Source: Squalus acanthias
Lineage: Eukaryota
Assembly: GCA_030390025.1 (NCBI GenBank)
Contig: CM059443.1
Coordinates: 65,968,001 to 66,032,000, forward strand
Length of the DNA: 64,000 bases
Direction: 5' to 3'
This document shows positions 13,458 to 26,000 of the stretch, one piece after another (within the stretch, counting starts at the first letter, position 1; every line of letters starts with the position of its first letter). Below the pieces are notes generated by a model. The model saw only the letters and a program-made list of their open reading frames with translations, was not told the origin of the DNA and did no database searches. A program made the translations under genes and the position numbers.

Positions 13458-14268
13458 CATCAAACACTCCCAGGGCAGGTACAGCACGGGTTAGATACAG
13501 AGTAAAGCTCCCTCTACACTGTCCCATCAAACACTCCCAGGGCAGGTACAGCATGGGTTAGATACAGAGTAAAGCTCCCTCTACACTGTCCCATCAAACA
13601 CTCCCAGGGCAGGTACAGCACGGGTTAGATACAGAGTAAAGCTCCCTCTACACTGTCCCTTCAAACACTCCCAGGGCAGGTACAGCACGGGTTAGATACA
13701 GAGTAAAGCTCCCTCTACACTGTCCCATCAAACACTCCCAGGGCAGGTACAGCACAGGTTAGATACAGAGTAAAGCTCCCTCTACACTGTCCCATCAAAC
13801 ACTCCCAGGGCAGGTACAGCACGGGTTAGATACAGAGTAAAGCTCCCTCTACACTGTCCCATCAAACACTCCCAGGGCAGGTACAGCACGGGTTAGATAC
13901 AGAGTAAAGCTCCCTCTACACTGTCCCATCAAACACTCCCAGGGCAAGTACAGCACAGGTTAGATACAGAGTAAAGCTCCCTCTACACTGTCCCATCAAA
14001 CACTCCCAGGGCAGGTACAGCACGGGTTAGATACAGAGTAAAGCTCCCTCTACACTGTCCCATCAAACACTCCCAGGGCAGGTACAGCACGGGTTAGATA
14101 CAGAGTAAAGCTCCCTCTACACTGTCCCATCAAACACTCCCAGGGCAGGTACAGCACGGGTTAGATACAGAGTAAAGCTCCCTCTACACTGTCGCCATCA
14201 AACACTCCCAGGGCAGGTACAGCACGGGTTAGATACAGAGTAAAGCTCGCTTCACACTGTCCCTTCAA
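13458..14268 (+). repeat. 67-bp minisatellite, about 12 near-identical copies
   Basis: Unit CATCAAACACTCCCAGGGCAGGTACAGCACGGGTTAGATACAGAGTAAAGCTCCCTCTACACTGTCC repeated head-to-tail with no spacers. Confidence 0.97.
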
Positions 14269-15499
14269 TTGGCCTTGGCTACAAAACACCACTGCCTACT
14301 ATAGCAGTGTGACATTTTCCCCCATTTCCCACACCAGCATCAGTGACCTTTGAATGAGATTGCCAATTTAGCACCAAATTAGCACCTTGGGTCTGTGTCC
14401 ACTCGGAATTAAATCAAGACTCATTTCAAATAAGATCCTTACAACTAGTGAGGAGACTTCGATCCCATCAGACTGGGCTGGATTTGGGCTCAAGTGCTAG
14501 AGTGAAAGGACACTGTCTAACCCACTATGTCACCCATTCCATTAGTAATATTTTCTTTAAAATGCAGAGATGCCTCCTTGGTGCATATTTAGAAAAATAC
14601 GGTTCAACAAAAGTACTTTTGTACCTACAATTCCTGGATACCAAACTTATTGCAACAGACATTACTCGTTAAGAAAATGTGAATCTCAATAATAAAATCA
14701 CATTTAGTGCCCAATTTCAACCTGTTCTAATTGCTCTGCTTTACTGGCCAGCTGTGACAGCATTTCCTGATCAGGTTTCCCTGACAATATACAGTGCACT
14801 TGTAGCGAATTCCTTTGGTTAAAGTAACATGGCACTATTTGAAAATGATGCTGTGTTAAGTAGGAGCAGGAATTCTGGCAACTATACAAAGTGCTATTAA
14901 GGTGGGTTGCATTAACATCTCAGTAACTTATGTGGTGTGCAATAAATATTTATACTACTTAGGGGACATTTTTGTGCCCGAAGTGGCGTGTTACTGCTCA
15001 GGAATTATTTGGGCCAGGTAAGCCCCCTCTTCTCTGCTCAATATGCCTCAGCACCAACCTCAAAAGTCCCATCTACTGCACTAAAATGATATTTTTCCCA
15101 TTTCCTGCAGCATCCTCTGGTCCGTCACAGTGAGAGCACCAATTCAGTGGGAGGTTTTGTGCTTTAGGCCTCATGTTATTTAGGATCCTATGCATAGGAT
15201 CCTTACAGCCGGCAGGCAGGAGACCTTTGGCCCATCAGTCTAGCCTGGATTTGAGCCCCGGTCACAAGTACGAAAGTATATCGTGCACTACATTACCAGT
15301 TCTCTGCTGGAACTCCATAGCTCGTAAACAACTGGGTCACAAGTGAGTTGTTTAGATCGTGCATAAAACAAATATAAAAACTCTATAGTGTGGCTCGTCT
15401 TCAACATCTAATTATTTTATTTGCCCCAAAATTGCCAGAGTCCAATCTGCTCTGGAAAGGTGAAGTTCTTGCCCAAGAACCTAATTTTATTTTTACTTC

Positions 15500-15830
15500 T
15501 TTCCTCTCCTGAAGTTGCTGACTGTTGCTGGGTGGCTGTTCCATGGGTGCTGTCAGCCCGTCGGTACCTCACCCAAGTGCCAATCTTCGTATCTCTATTT
15601 CGATAGGAAGTATTATCAGGTTAGCCAGCCAGGCAGGTCTTCATGCCAAGCCCGAACTTGACTCAAGACGTCCACATGCACACTTTCAGCAGGAGGAACT
15701 CTGCTGGATTTGTTTCCCTCCCTAGCAGCCCCGCCGCACCCTAACTCAGTGCAGACTAGGGATTGAATCTGGGAGCTTACTGATCTGAATGCCTCAGCAC
15801 CACACTGGGAGGAGATTCACCCAATGAGTC
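15500..15830 (-). mobile_element. Family B SINE
   Basis: cctctcctgaagttgctgac...ggtacctcacccaagtg...gactagggattgaa. Confidence 0.62.
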
Positions 15831-16501
15831 AGACTTCGTGGATAGAAATTTAAAAAAAAATTAATCCAAACTTCAGTTAGAGTTCAGTAAGTGTTTTACG
15901 GGTGGAATTTTTTTTTTTAATTTTAAAGTGCAAAAATGGTAGCCCTTGAAACCAACGCTACTCCTACAACACAAAAACAAGTTGTGACACTTTACTAAAC
16001 ATCAGTAAGGTTTCTGCTCCCTTCGATCACGTTGTGATTAAAATAATTTTCTGAAAGTCTTCTAAACTGCAATTTCAAGCTCCTCACAATTAAATGACTT
16101 CAATTTATCAAATTTACATTTCAATTTTGGACACAGATAATTTTGGGAGTCATAAAATTTCCATCATTACGGATTTCATTGTATAACATTGAATTGTAAA
16201 AAAAAAAAAAAAAAAAATTCCATTCCACTTTACCATTCTATGGCCCTGACCAGGTTTTGCTGGGAACTAAAGTCACCAACCTACCTCAGTTAAGAGCTGT
16301 GAAAAATGCCCAATTTCCAGTATTGTCAACAGTTCAGATACAAGGGACTGTGTCCAACATCATTTCAAATACCCACCTTTCAGATAAAAGTGGGTGTGTG
16401 GATTTCTTGTCCCCTAAAGACACCTTTCCCTGAAGTCCATGAAAATGAGACACACATAACCCTTCATTAGCAACGGGATGGAACATTTGAAAAGAGGAAT
16501 A

Positions 16502-17070
16502 TTAGAGGACACTTTGTATTTTCTTTATAAATGCCATTCTCTCACTTTGGCCCTCAACATCAAATTCTTCGCAATCCGATTCGGATAAATCCCCGTCCTT
16601 CCAGGTGTCAGAAATTCCTTTGTAAGATATAATCCCTTTGCCGTTTTGTAGAGTGTAGACTTTCACTTTGCTGAACTGGAATCCTGACCGGACCTGAAGA
16701 ACTATAAATATTATAAAAAATACCATTATAATGAAGGCACAGATGGTCAACGCAAACCAAACAGGTATGTGTGACTTGGTGAGTGGTTCGACAACTTCCT
16801 CATCCTCCAGGGGCGATTCCCTGCTGACTTGCATCTGGGGTGAGCAGCTCAGCTCAATTTCATTGTAGCGCGAGTGAGGGAGGCAGGAAAGGCAGCGATT
16901 GGCAGTAAACCCGTTACACGTGCGGCAAGAAGCGTGACAAGGAAGGCAGGCCAAAACTTGCAGAGATTCAACGTCGTTTTCCATGGGGTTTTCGATGAGT
17001 CCTTTATAAAAGCCCGGGGGACATTTTTCCACACAGCTTTGCTGATGCAGAAAAAATATACCTTCACATT
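16502..17070 (-). CDS. furin: Furin-like terminal coding exon: Cys-rich domain, TM helix, cytoplasmic tail ([13 protein letters not shown], ...IQSVL*)
   Basis: ttctcag acceptor at 17071-17072; part of ORF 16502..17113; TAA stop. Confidence 0.95.
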
Positions 17071-20000
17071 CTGAGAAGACAGAATAGGAGAGAAACAAAT
17101 ACTTCAGGAACAATTTCAGCAGTGATGACTTTTCAGCTATAGTGAGGCTCTAAACAGACAAGGCAAAGGGATTCTGCCAAGATATAAAACACTCTCCATC
17201 ATTTAAGGTTAGATTGGATTTAAGTTATAAAACAAGATCCAAGTGGCTCAGTCACAGGTGGTGTGATTAACTTTGGTTTAACATACTGAAAGTTTGAGGA
17301 GTCTGTACAATATTTTAAACAAGACTCCATACATACTTTTACTGTGTTCACTTAAACAGTAAACAAACTACTAGAGATTTTGACCGTACAAACTTCGGTT
17401 GAATCTGCAGAGAACATTTAAAGCAGTATAATATGAGGGTGAAGTACTGGTGAGAGAGGAGAATGCCGTTTGAGGTGATGAATTAGGAGGAACAACAAAA
17501 ATGAAGCATTTTAGTCTAAAATCCATTATGGTACTGGGTGGGTTCTTTGTGTCACACTACATAGGGGGTTAAAAGCCAGTTTCAATACAATATACCCAGA
17601 TTATTGATATTACAGGGGTTGAGGAAGGCGCCAAGCCATTCAATTCAACACAAGCATCTTGTTGGTTTTATGTGTGTATAAATGTTTTTAGTAGGGCTTT
17701 AATTTTTCCCAGTTATTTTTTGCTTATCTTATTCAAATTGAGTAGTCCATCTGAAACCATCAGCGAGCAACAAGACAGATCCTGGAGACTCTACACTGTC
17801 AACAACAATGGGCCACTTTAAGGTTAATATTCAGGGAACTCATGTCAAATCCAATTTAGATTGCAGTTTAACATAGCAAATATAGGAACAGGAGGAGGCC
17901 ATTCAGCCCCACAAGCCTGTTTTGCCATTCAATTAGATTATGGCTGATCTGTACCTCAAATTTATTTACCTGCCTTTGTTCCATATACCTTGATACGCTT
18001 ACCTAACAAAAATCTATATCTCAGTTTTAATAGCTCCAATTATCCCAGCAACCAGCCTATTGGGGCAAGTTCCAGATTTTCACTATCCTTTGAAGAAGTG
18101 CCCCCTGATTTCACTCCTAAGTAGCCTAGCTCTAATTTTAAGATTATGCCTTCTTGTTCCGGATTCCCCCACCAGAAGAAATAGTTTCTCTGTATCGACC
18201 CTATTGAACCTCTATCAGTTTAAACGCTTCAATTAGATCACCCCTCAATCTTCTAAACTCAAAAGGAATACAAGCCAAGTTTTTACAACCTGTCCTCATA
18301 ATTTAACCCTTTAAGCAAGTATCATTCTGGTGAATTTGCGGTGTACCCTTCCAAGGCCAATATCTTTCCTGAGGTTTGGTGCCCAAAACTGAACAGAGTA
18401 GCCCAAATGGGATCTAACCCAAACTGTTGAATATACTTTTGAATTCCAACCCCCTTGAGATACAGGCCAACATTTAGTCTTGAACTTACTATGAGCACAA
18501 GCAAGAAATCCAATGGGGTACCAAATGAGCTTGGTAACAGTACTTGCAGCCTGTTCTACATTTGCAAATGTGGCGCTGGAGCACCAACTACAAACCAGGG
18601 CAAATACATATTTTAGTTTCAAATAAAAACAGAAAGAAAACAAAGAATTTAAAATAAAACTAATTTGGGAAGACCTCGCCCAACAGTCCTTGTGAAGCTG
18701 GACACAGCCAATTCTCAATGCAGCAATTTAGTAAGCTCACTGACCTTGAGGCATGAAATTTAAAAAGCACTGGAAATATTTAGAGGGTCCATTATTATAG
18801 AAAAAGAGAAAAGGATAACATTCAGACGGAAACCCTTAGTCAGAACTTCTGATGCAGGGTCTGCACCTGAAGTCTTAGCCTATCTTCTCTTGGTGTGCAG
18901 TAGCTGTATTTTGTTTTCATTCCAGATTTCCCACATTTGCAGTTTTTCCATTTTACAAGAAATCATTGAATAAGAAAAGGAGTTTCCATCAATCTTCTAC
19001 TCTATTTTTAAAATCGACAGTAGGGAAAAAAAGGGTAAAAATGTGAAACATATTATAAAAAAACTCCCAAGACAAATTAAAAATGAGAAAATAACCTGTG
19101 AACTTCAAAGAAACCCGTAAACCTTTTTTAAAAAAAAAAATCAACTATTAAAAAGTTCCCCGTTGAAACACGGCTCAAAAGGAAATCAAAACACCAGATT
19201 CCTTTTTCACTGAAAACTACATAAAATGGCTCATCATCAAAACACAGATAACTTATGTGCTTTAAAATTCAATTCAAAACAAAGCTGAGGCATTGTTTCC
19301 AAACCGTTTAGCAAGCAGGTTATAATGAACGATAAATTTACAAAACGGAACGGGCTGTATCTGCAACCTGTTCGGTAGACAGAAGCCTTTTAAAATGCTC
19401 AACAGGGTGCATAAATTAAAAACAAACTTTGAAGTTTTTCAAAGCATTTTCCCAATTATTTTCTTGTGATAAAATCCAGGTGCCTGCTTCAATTGCTAAA
19501 ATTGAGCAAAACACAGGCCCTTCTGGTGTCTTGCCCAAGGAGCCATTCATTATGTGAGCGCTTAGACAGTGAATGCTGGCAGGTTATTCAACCATGCAGG
19601 GCACTTCAGCTGAGCTCACTCCTGTCTTCGCACGATATCAACACGCAGGAGGAGTCACTGGAGATTAACGAGGGGCGGGAATCCTGCCTGAATTTCCCCC
19701 TCCCTAGCCCAGAGATGTGGACCTCAATTGCAGCATCCCTATTGCTATCCAGCTAAGAGCAGCTAACTGAACACAGACCAGAGATGGAACCTGGACAATC
19801 TGATCTGAATGAACTGCATTTACCCACTAAGCCATCAAGGGGCTAAAAGTTTAAGATTTTAAACATATCAATAGTCCAACACACATTTTGAGAAATGGGG
19901 GATAAAGGTGTGCGTGTGTGCATTCATGTGTGTGCGCCTATAAACACAACTCCCTCTCTTTACACTTTAACCAACACAAGATGTTGGTATTTGGTCATAA

Positions 20001-23000
20001 AGTTGACAAGTCATCGTGATCCGGAGAGCTCGAATCACATTGAGCCTGCTGGTCAGCAAACACATTCTGCCAATTTATCCCTGAGAGACCAGTGACAGAT
20101 CGTGGAGAAATGGAGTCACTTTACTGAAAGTGTACAAGCAGAGTTCACTTTGAGAGAGCAAAGAACCATTTCCCTTCTGACTGACAGACTCTGTTAAAGC
20201 TAAAGCAAATATCAGTTCTAACATCATGCAAGAAACCCTGCAAAAATGCAGTAGTACTCACTGTACTGAAGTTGTCACAGCCAGTTAGTAATCTAAGTGC
20301 ATTTAGGTTGTGGTTCTACCAAGCCACTATAAAAATGACAATTACTTGTATAGCCTAGCAGTACTGTGCATGTAACACTGGCAGTGATTTGGCACCTGTA
20401 ATAGTCAATCACAAGAACGAATACAGCCCGAATGTGAAACTGCCTAGTTCCGCTGTGCACCAATAACCTCAACTCCCGACCAATTCTATTCCCCTCAAAA
20501 CAGTTCATCGTCTGCAGTTAGCGCTTCACGGAAGGATTCATGTCTAAGCCTCTTTCATATAAAACCCACCAATAACACAACTTTGCCTGTGCTGTTCTTG
20601 CCCAATGACTGCTACTCTTCAAACCAAGGCCCAGATTCTCAATAGATTTCCAACCATCTGTCCATCAAATATCTTGTTTGGTTCAGTTGACTTGACTTTA
20701 TTCTATACTACAGCCTCCAATCACCCTCCACACCCAGGGACAACTTTTCTTGTCTATCTGAGTCTCTAGTCAATACTATGGCCATGATTCCTCTGAACTT
20801 TCCTGTCTTGCTCCTCCAAAGCTGCAAATACTACATCCTACATATTCTTTTTACTCACAGCTGTCTGATCCTGGGAAAGCACATTAAACTTCACACCTAC
20901 TTCAGCCTCCCTTCCTTTCTTTCCAAACTTGGAGTCATCTAATTACTAGTTCTCGATTGACCTTATTTTCTCAAGTCTTTGTCAAGTCAGTGTTCAGCAT
21001 GGCCTTTCACCTAGATTTCGTTAAGAAAAATTCTAAAAGCTAAAACACTAATGAATTGATTTAACATTTAAATGCTGGCCTTGCCAGCAACGGCCACATC
21101 CCATGAATGAATAATAAATAAAAAAAATCACTGCTTACGCGACATAACATGGCAATGACTGCAAGGTTAACATAACGATATAATCTGATGCGTTGGTTTC
21201 TAATCTTAGAGTCAAGCATTATAGTACTCTCTATGGGATGAAAGGTCCAAATTCTAGTAGTAATTTAACCCAGTTAGCACAAATGCTGATACTGGCACAT
21301 TTAAGATACTTGTAAATCTTTCAGAACTATACAGGGCATAACTTTAAATTAGAGTTTATTAATAAATGGTCTTTTTTATCCTTTCCCTTCACCCCCAATC
21401 ACTCCACAAAACTCCGTTCTTGGCTTTTTACAACCAAGTATGCAAAGCCCTTTACATGGGGAGCGTCAGCACCAGTCAGCCTGTAACAGATAGACCAATG
21501 ACGGTGCAAGATGACCTCTGACCGACTGAGGCTCAACGCGTAATTTGTGCAAGACACAACATAAAAGCCCAAGCAAAAACAATTCACAACTCGGCAGCCA
21601 ATGCGAGTGAAGTGCCGCTATAAGCGTCTACTAACCACCGAAGGTTACCACTAGTTGTTCAGGCTGGTAACTTTCACAGAAAGTCTTCACTAAGCTCTGT
21701 CCAAAGTGATGTCAATTTCATAGAATTAATTTGAAAGAATTTCCATTCATTAATCATTTAATTCCTGATGTATTTAAAAAGCCAACAATCAAAAATAGTA
21801 GCACAAACCAAATCTGGAACTGCTCTCCCCTGGAGTCAGAATTATTTAACTTTCTGCTGTGTTTAACACTATACAAATATCCATTAGTTATTCTTTCTGT
21901 AATACCGTGTTTTTTTGGGGCGGGGGCGGGGGGGGTGCGGGTGGTGGTGGTCAGCTTAAAGCTTTTCTTAATATATATTTGTAATTATTTGCCAGTTCCT
22001 GCTTGTAGAGGGCGCTCAGACAGAAAACTCCATCCCTCTTGCTAAATTCAAACCCCTGCTTGTTTTGCTTACTCACCCGCACACACTTGCTGAGAGTTCA
22101 GTGTCTTGCAGTTGGCGGGTCGCGAGATGTTGGTCAATTTCAGCTGGCTGTGGTTAGCCGGTGCCGTACCATACAGAACCAGTGTGAACTGTCTGAGGGT
22201 ACCTGAATAGATAAACGAACGCACGTTTCTGTATTACAAAAAATTCTGCTACACATTGTTAGAAGCAGGCACGTTAAACAGTGACAACCAGGGCTGTAAT
22301 AAAACGACAAGAGATAGAGTGCAAAGACACTTCAATTTTTTGGAAATACAGAACAGACCGAGTCAGCATCTGGAAGACAGCAAGCGAAGAGGAGAGACCA
22401 GTTTGGGTGTGGCCCTTTAATAGAACATTTTCCATGAAGGGTCACCACAAACATTAAGCTATCTTTTCTCGTCTGGATCCAGATCAAACTAGTTTTGAAA
22501 ACTATGAAGGGTTTAAAGAGAGTAAACCGTGAAAGATTGTTTCTGCTGGTTGGTGAATCAGCAACATGGGGGTATAGATTGAAGATCATCACTAGGTGAA
22601 TGATTGGAGGTAGTTGGAGAAATGTTTTCACATGGAGTATCATTAGGACATGAAATGTACCACAAGTGGCTATTGAGGCAGAAACAAGATTATCTAAGTG
22701 AACTACATATTGGAAAAGAATATTAAAGGATATGGGGAAAGAGTAGAGAAAAGGGATTACAGTAGATATTCCAACAGGCACAATAGCCTCCTTCTGTACT
22801 GTAATTTCTATGATTCACACATAGCCATTGGGGAAGGGGTTTTTAGACTAGGTATTTAATGCCAATTTTGGAAACACAAACCATAATTATTTGCACCAGA
22901 TGTATTCTCCAATTCCAGAACCCATTCTCCTGATGGATTTTCATCCCATGAATGTGTAGTCATGAATGCCCAGTCAGTAAATCCCTCAGATGAGTAATCA

Positions 23001-26000
23001 CGCTGTCTGCAGGAGATAAAAACACAATTGTAAATTAGTACAAGCCATTATGGTTCTTTCATCCCAAAATACCGATGGCATTATTTTCTTTTTTCTCTGC
23101 CCCAAAGGAAATATATTTTTCTTAAATAATTGTACACATTCATTATTTCACTTTTGAAAGTATACTATGCAATGCTTAATAACCCCTCCCAATTTTACTC
23201 CTAACCATGCAAAAATCAGCATTCTACATACAAAGGGTAAAGTCTATGCTCCATTGCTGAGTGATGGACAGGGACATAAAGGGTGGAATTGTGATCTCCT
23301 GAAATCCAGCTCCTAGATCCCATTCAGCAAGAATTTAGGGCAGTGCTGCAGCCTCCTTCTGTCCTTGCAAGTCCGGAAGGTAAGAATTAAGGACTGTAAT
23401 TCATGGTCCCTCGTGTCATAGACCAAATGCTACAGTAATTAAAGCACGGGCTCCACATCAACAAGTAGATTCAAGTTTACTCTCTATAAAACATTGATAG
23501 AAAGACTCTCAAGATTGCCCCTGCAGTGCTCAGTCCAATAACTTGCTCTATTTACTCTGACAAAATGGGATGTAGGCCAGAAACTCCTTAATCACAAGGA
23601 TCCCACACATCAGATTTACCCTCCTTGACCACCTCCCCTAAAAGTCAAACTCCTATAAACAGGATGACTCAGCTCACCTTCACTCTGGGAAGGCTAAAAT
23701 TTCTTATATTTTAAATTACCAAAATAATTGGCTTGCTCTGATTATTTGTTTCAATTAAGCAACATTTGTATATTTACTTCTTTCTAGAGAGACAAGGTTC
23801 CAGCAACATTCAGAGCTTTTAAAAAGATCTGCATTTTCTGGAAAGTGGAAACCAGCCCAATATTTCGCAACATTTTTATAAAAGCAAGCTCCATTAGCAG
23901 GACTTCTTCAAAATACTTTATAGTAGCACAGACTTGACACCAGTACAGTAACTTACTTTTAAGCTGCCATTGCTTCTTGGCTTATAACCCAGTAACATAA
24001 TTTAGTAAAATGAGGTGTGGTACACATGGCACCAGTGAGTGAGCTTTAGAGTGGCTATGAGGACTGAATTAAGGTAGTGGGAGTGGTACTAATGTGTACA
24101 ACCTGGTCAGTTTTGGTTGTGCCAACAACGCTCCGACGGTTACCCTAGCCAGGCGGGATGGATCATGCTCCAGGTGACTGGCTTGCAACTTTAGACGTGC
24201 TGGCCACCAGCAGTGAGCCAGGGATTGGGGACTGGATTTCTCGTGGTTCATCCTCAGCAAATACATCATTCTCTCCCACTCCATTATCTTCCACAGAGCC
24301 TTAACTGACCATGTTTGGGGAAAGGGGAGAAGAAAGTGGGTTATCCAGCCACCCCCCTCAGCAGGTTGCAATACGACAACAGATTGAGCTTCAAACTCCT
24401 CTCTGTCAAACACAGAAAGACACTTAAAAAAAAAAACTACACACTATAGAATTGTGAGCTGATTTCCATTATTCACAGGATATTATTCATAATTTTTGTG
24501 CAATTTATTCTCATGTCTTTTGAGTTACAGATTTCACCGAGTGATTAGCAACTTCATACCTTGGTGCCAAAAGAGTTGACCTTGTCCCCATGGGGCTGGT
24601 GAGGTATATAGCCAAGTCTCCACGCCTGTTGTAGGATAGTGTGATTCTTGCCTGCACATGTTCCAAGGACTGGATAAAATTTGAACTTTCAAGGCACGCA
24701 TCAACCCTTTTCCGTATCTCTAATCGTTTACCAATATCCCTAAAAAGATAAGTTGTACATCAGACCTGCATAAATTCCCGAGCTCTGTGAAATATGTAAA
24801 TGAAGTGTCACAATATCCATTTAAATCATCTATTAGCATGCACAGTATAAACAAGATCAGTCAGTTGGGGCCCAGGGCCTCATAGGTCATTTGCAGGGCT
24901 AGCAATCTGCTGCGGTGCAAATCCCAGGTTGAATCCTGCATATTTCAGCTTGGCCCTGCTGGTAGAACTCTTGTATTAAAATCAGACCGTTGTGGTTTCA
25001 AGCCCCACTGTAAGTCTTGAACACATAACTAGGCTGACACACTAGTGCAGTATTGGGGAGAGTGCCGAATGGTCAGAGGCGTCATCCTTCAGATGAGCTG
25101 TTAAACAGAGATCCCACCTGTCTGCTCTGTTGGTTCAGGTGGACATTAAAAGATCCCACAACACTGTTCTGAGATCAGCAGGGAGTGTCCTAGTCAACAT
25201 CCCCTCCCCAAACACCACCAGAAACAGATTAGCTTGACATGCACCCCTTGCTGTGTACAAACTGGCTTAAGTATCAACTCACCACATGAAGTGCTTTGGA
25301 ACATTTGAGAGATGTGCTCGACAGTGCAAGTCTTTGCTTCACTTACTGTGTTTAGCGTAAATTGCTGCTTGAATACTGCATTTTTACTTGAAGTCCTGGA
25401 GGCAGGTAGCAGTCACCAACATACAGAGAACAAGTACGGTAGCAGCACATTCACTGCGCAGACGAGTGGGAGCAGGACAGAACGGCCAGTGTGGCAAGCA
25501 TAAAAAAAGGGTAGAGGAATGCCAAAAGCGAGACCCGGGCAGAGAGACAACTACAACAAGCCACTTGCCCAAGTCACTAAGTTTTGTAGTTAAGAATTCT
25601 GCACACCAGGGGTGCTGGCCATATATTCTTCATCTTAAGGATGAAGTAGTACATAGAGCTGGTAGCGCCTTTTGATCAGCAAGTCAAAACATCTCGTCAA
25701 TGTAGATTTTAAGACAGCCATTAGTGATAAAATATATAAGCAAACACATTTCCATGTAACATGAAGTAAATTAAATTCCCCAAATCACTGCTGAAAGTAT
25801 GTGGTACACGATCACTTCTGCTCAAACCAGTTAGATTGCAGAAGCCAGCAGACCTGAAGGACAGTAAGCTCTTTGTCAACATGGAGAGTTTAAAATTAAG
25901 TTGAAAAGTTTGCTTTGCACTGGTTGCAACTATACTAGATGGTGCGAAGCTGAAGATGTATTGCTCTATCCCCCACAAAATATGGTCCAACCAACTTCAC

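Larger units (their letters stand above)
9100..16501 (-). other. Probable long 3' UTR of the furin-like gene with several candidate poly(A) signals
   Basis: Minus-strand AATAAA at 11201-11206, 10342-10347 and 10064-10069; ATTAAA at 9122-9127 followed by a GT/T-rich tract; AU-rich blocks. The true 3' end cannot be fixed from DNA alone. Confidence 0.45.

Noticed and set aside
13458-14268. CRISPR-like appearance of the regular 67-bp array
   Set aside because: Units are contiguous and near-identical with no unique spacers, there are no cas genes, and the context is a vertebrate genome.
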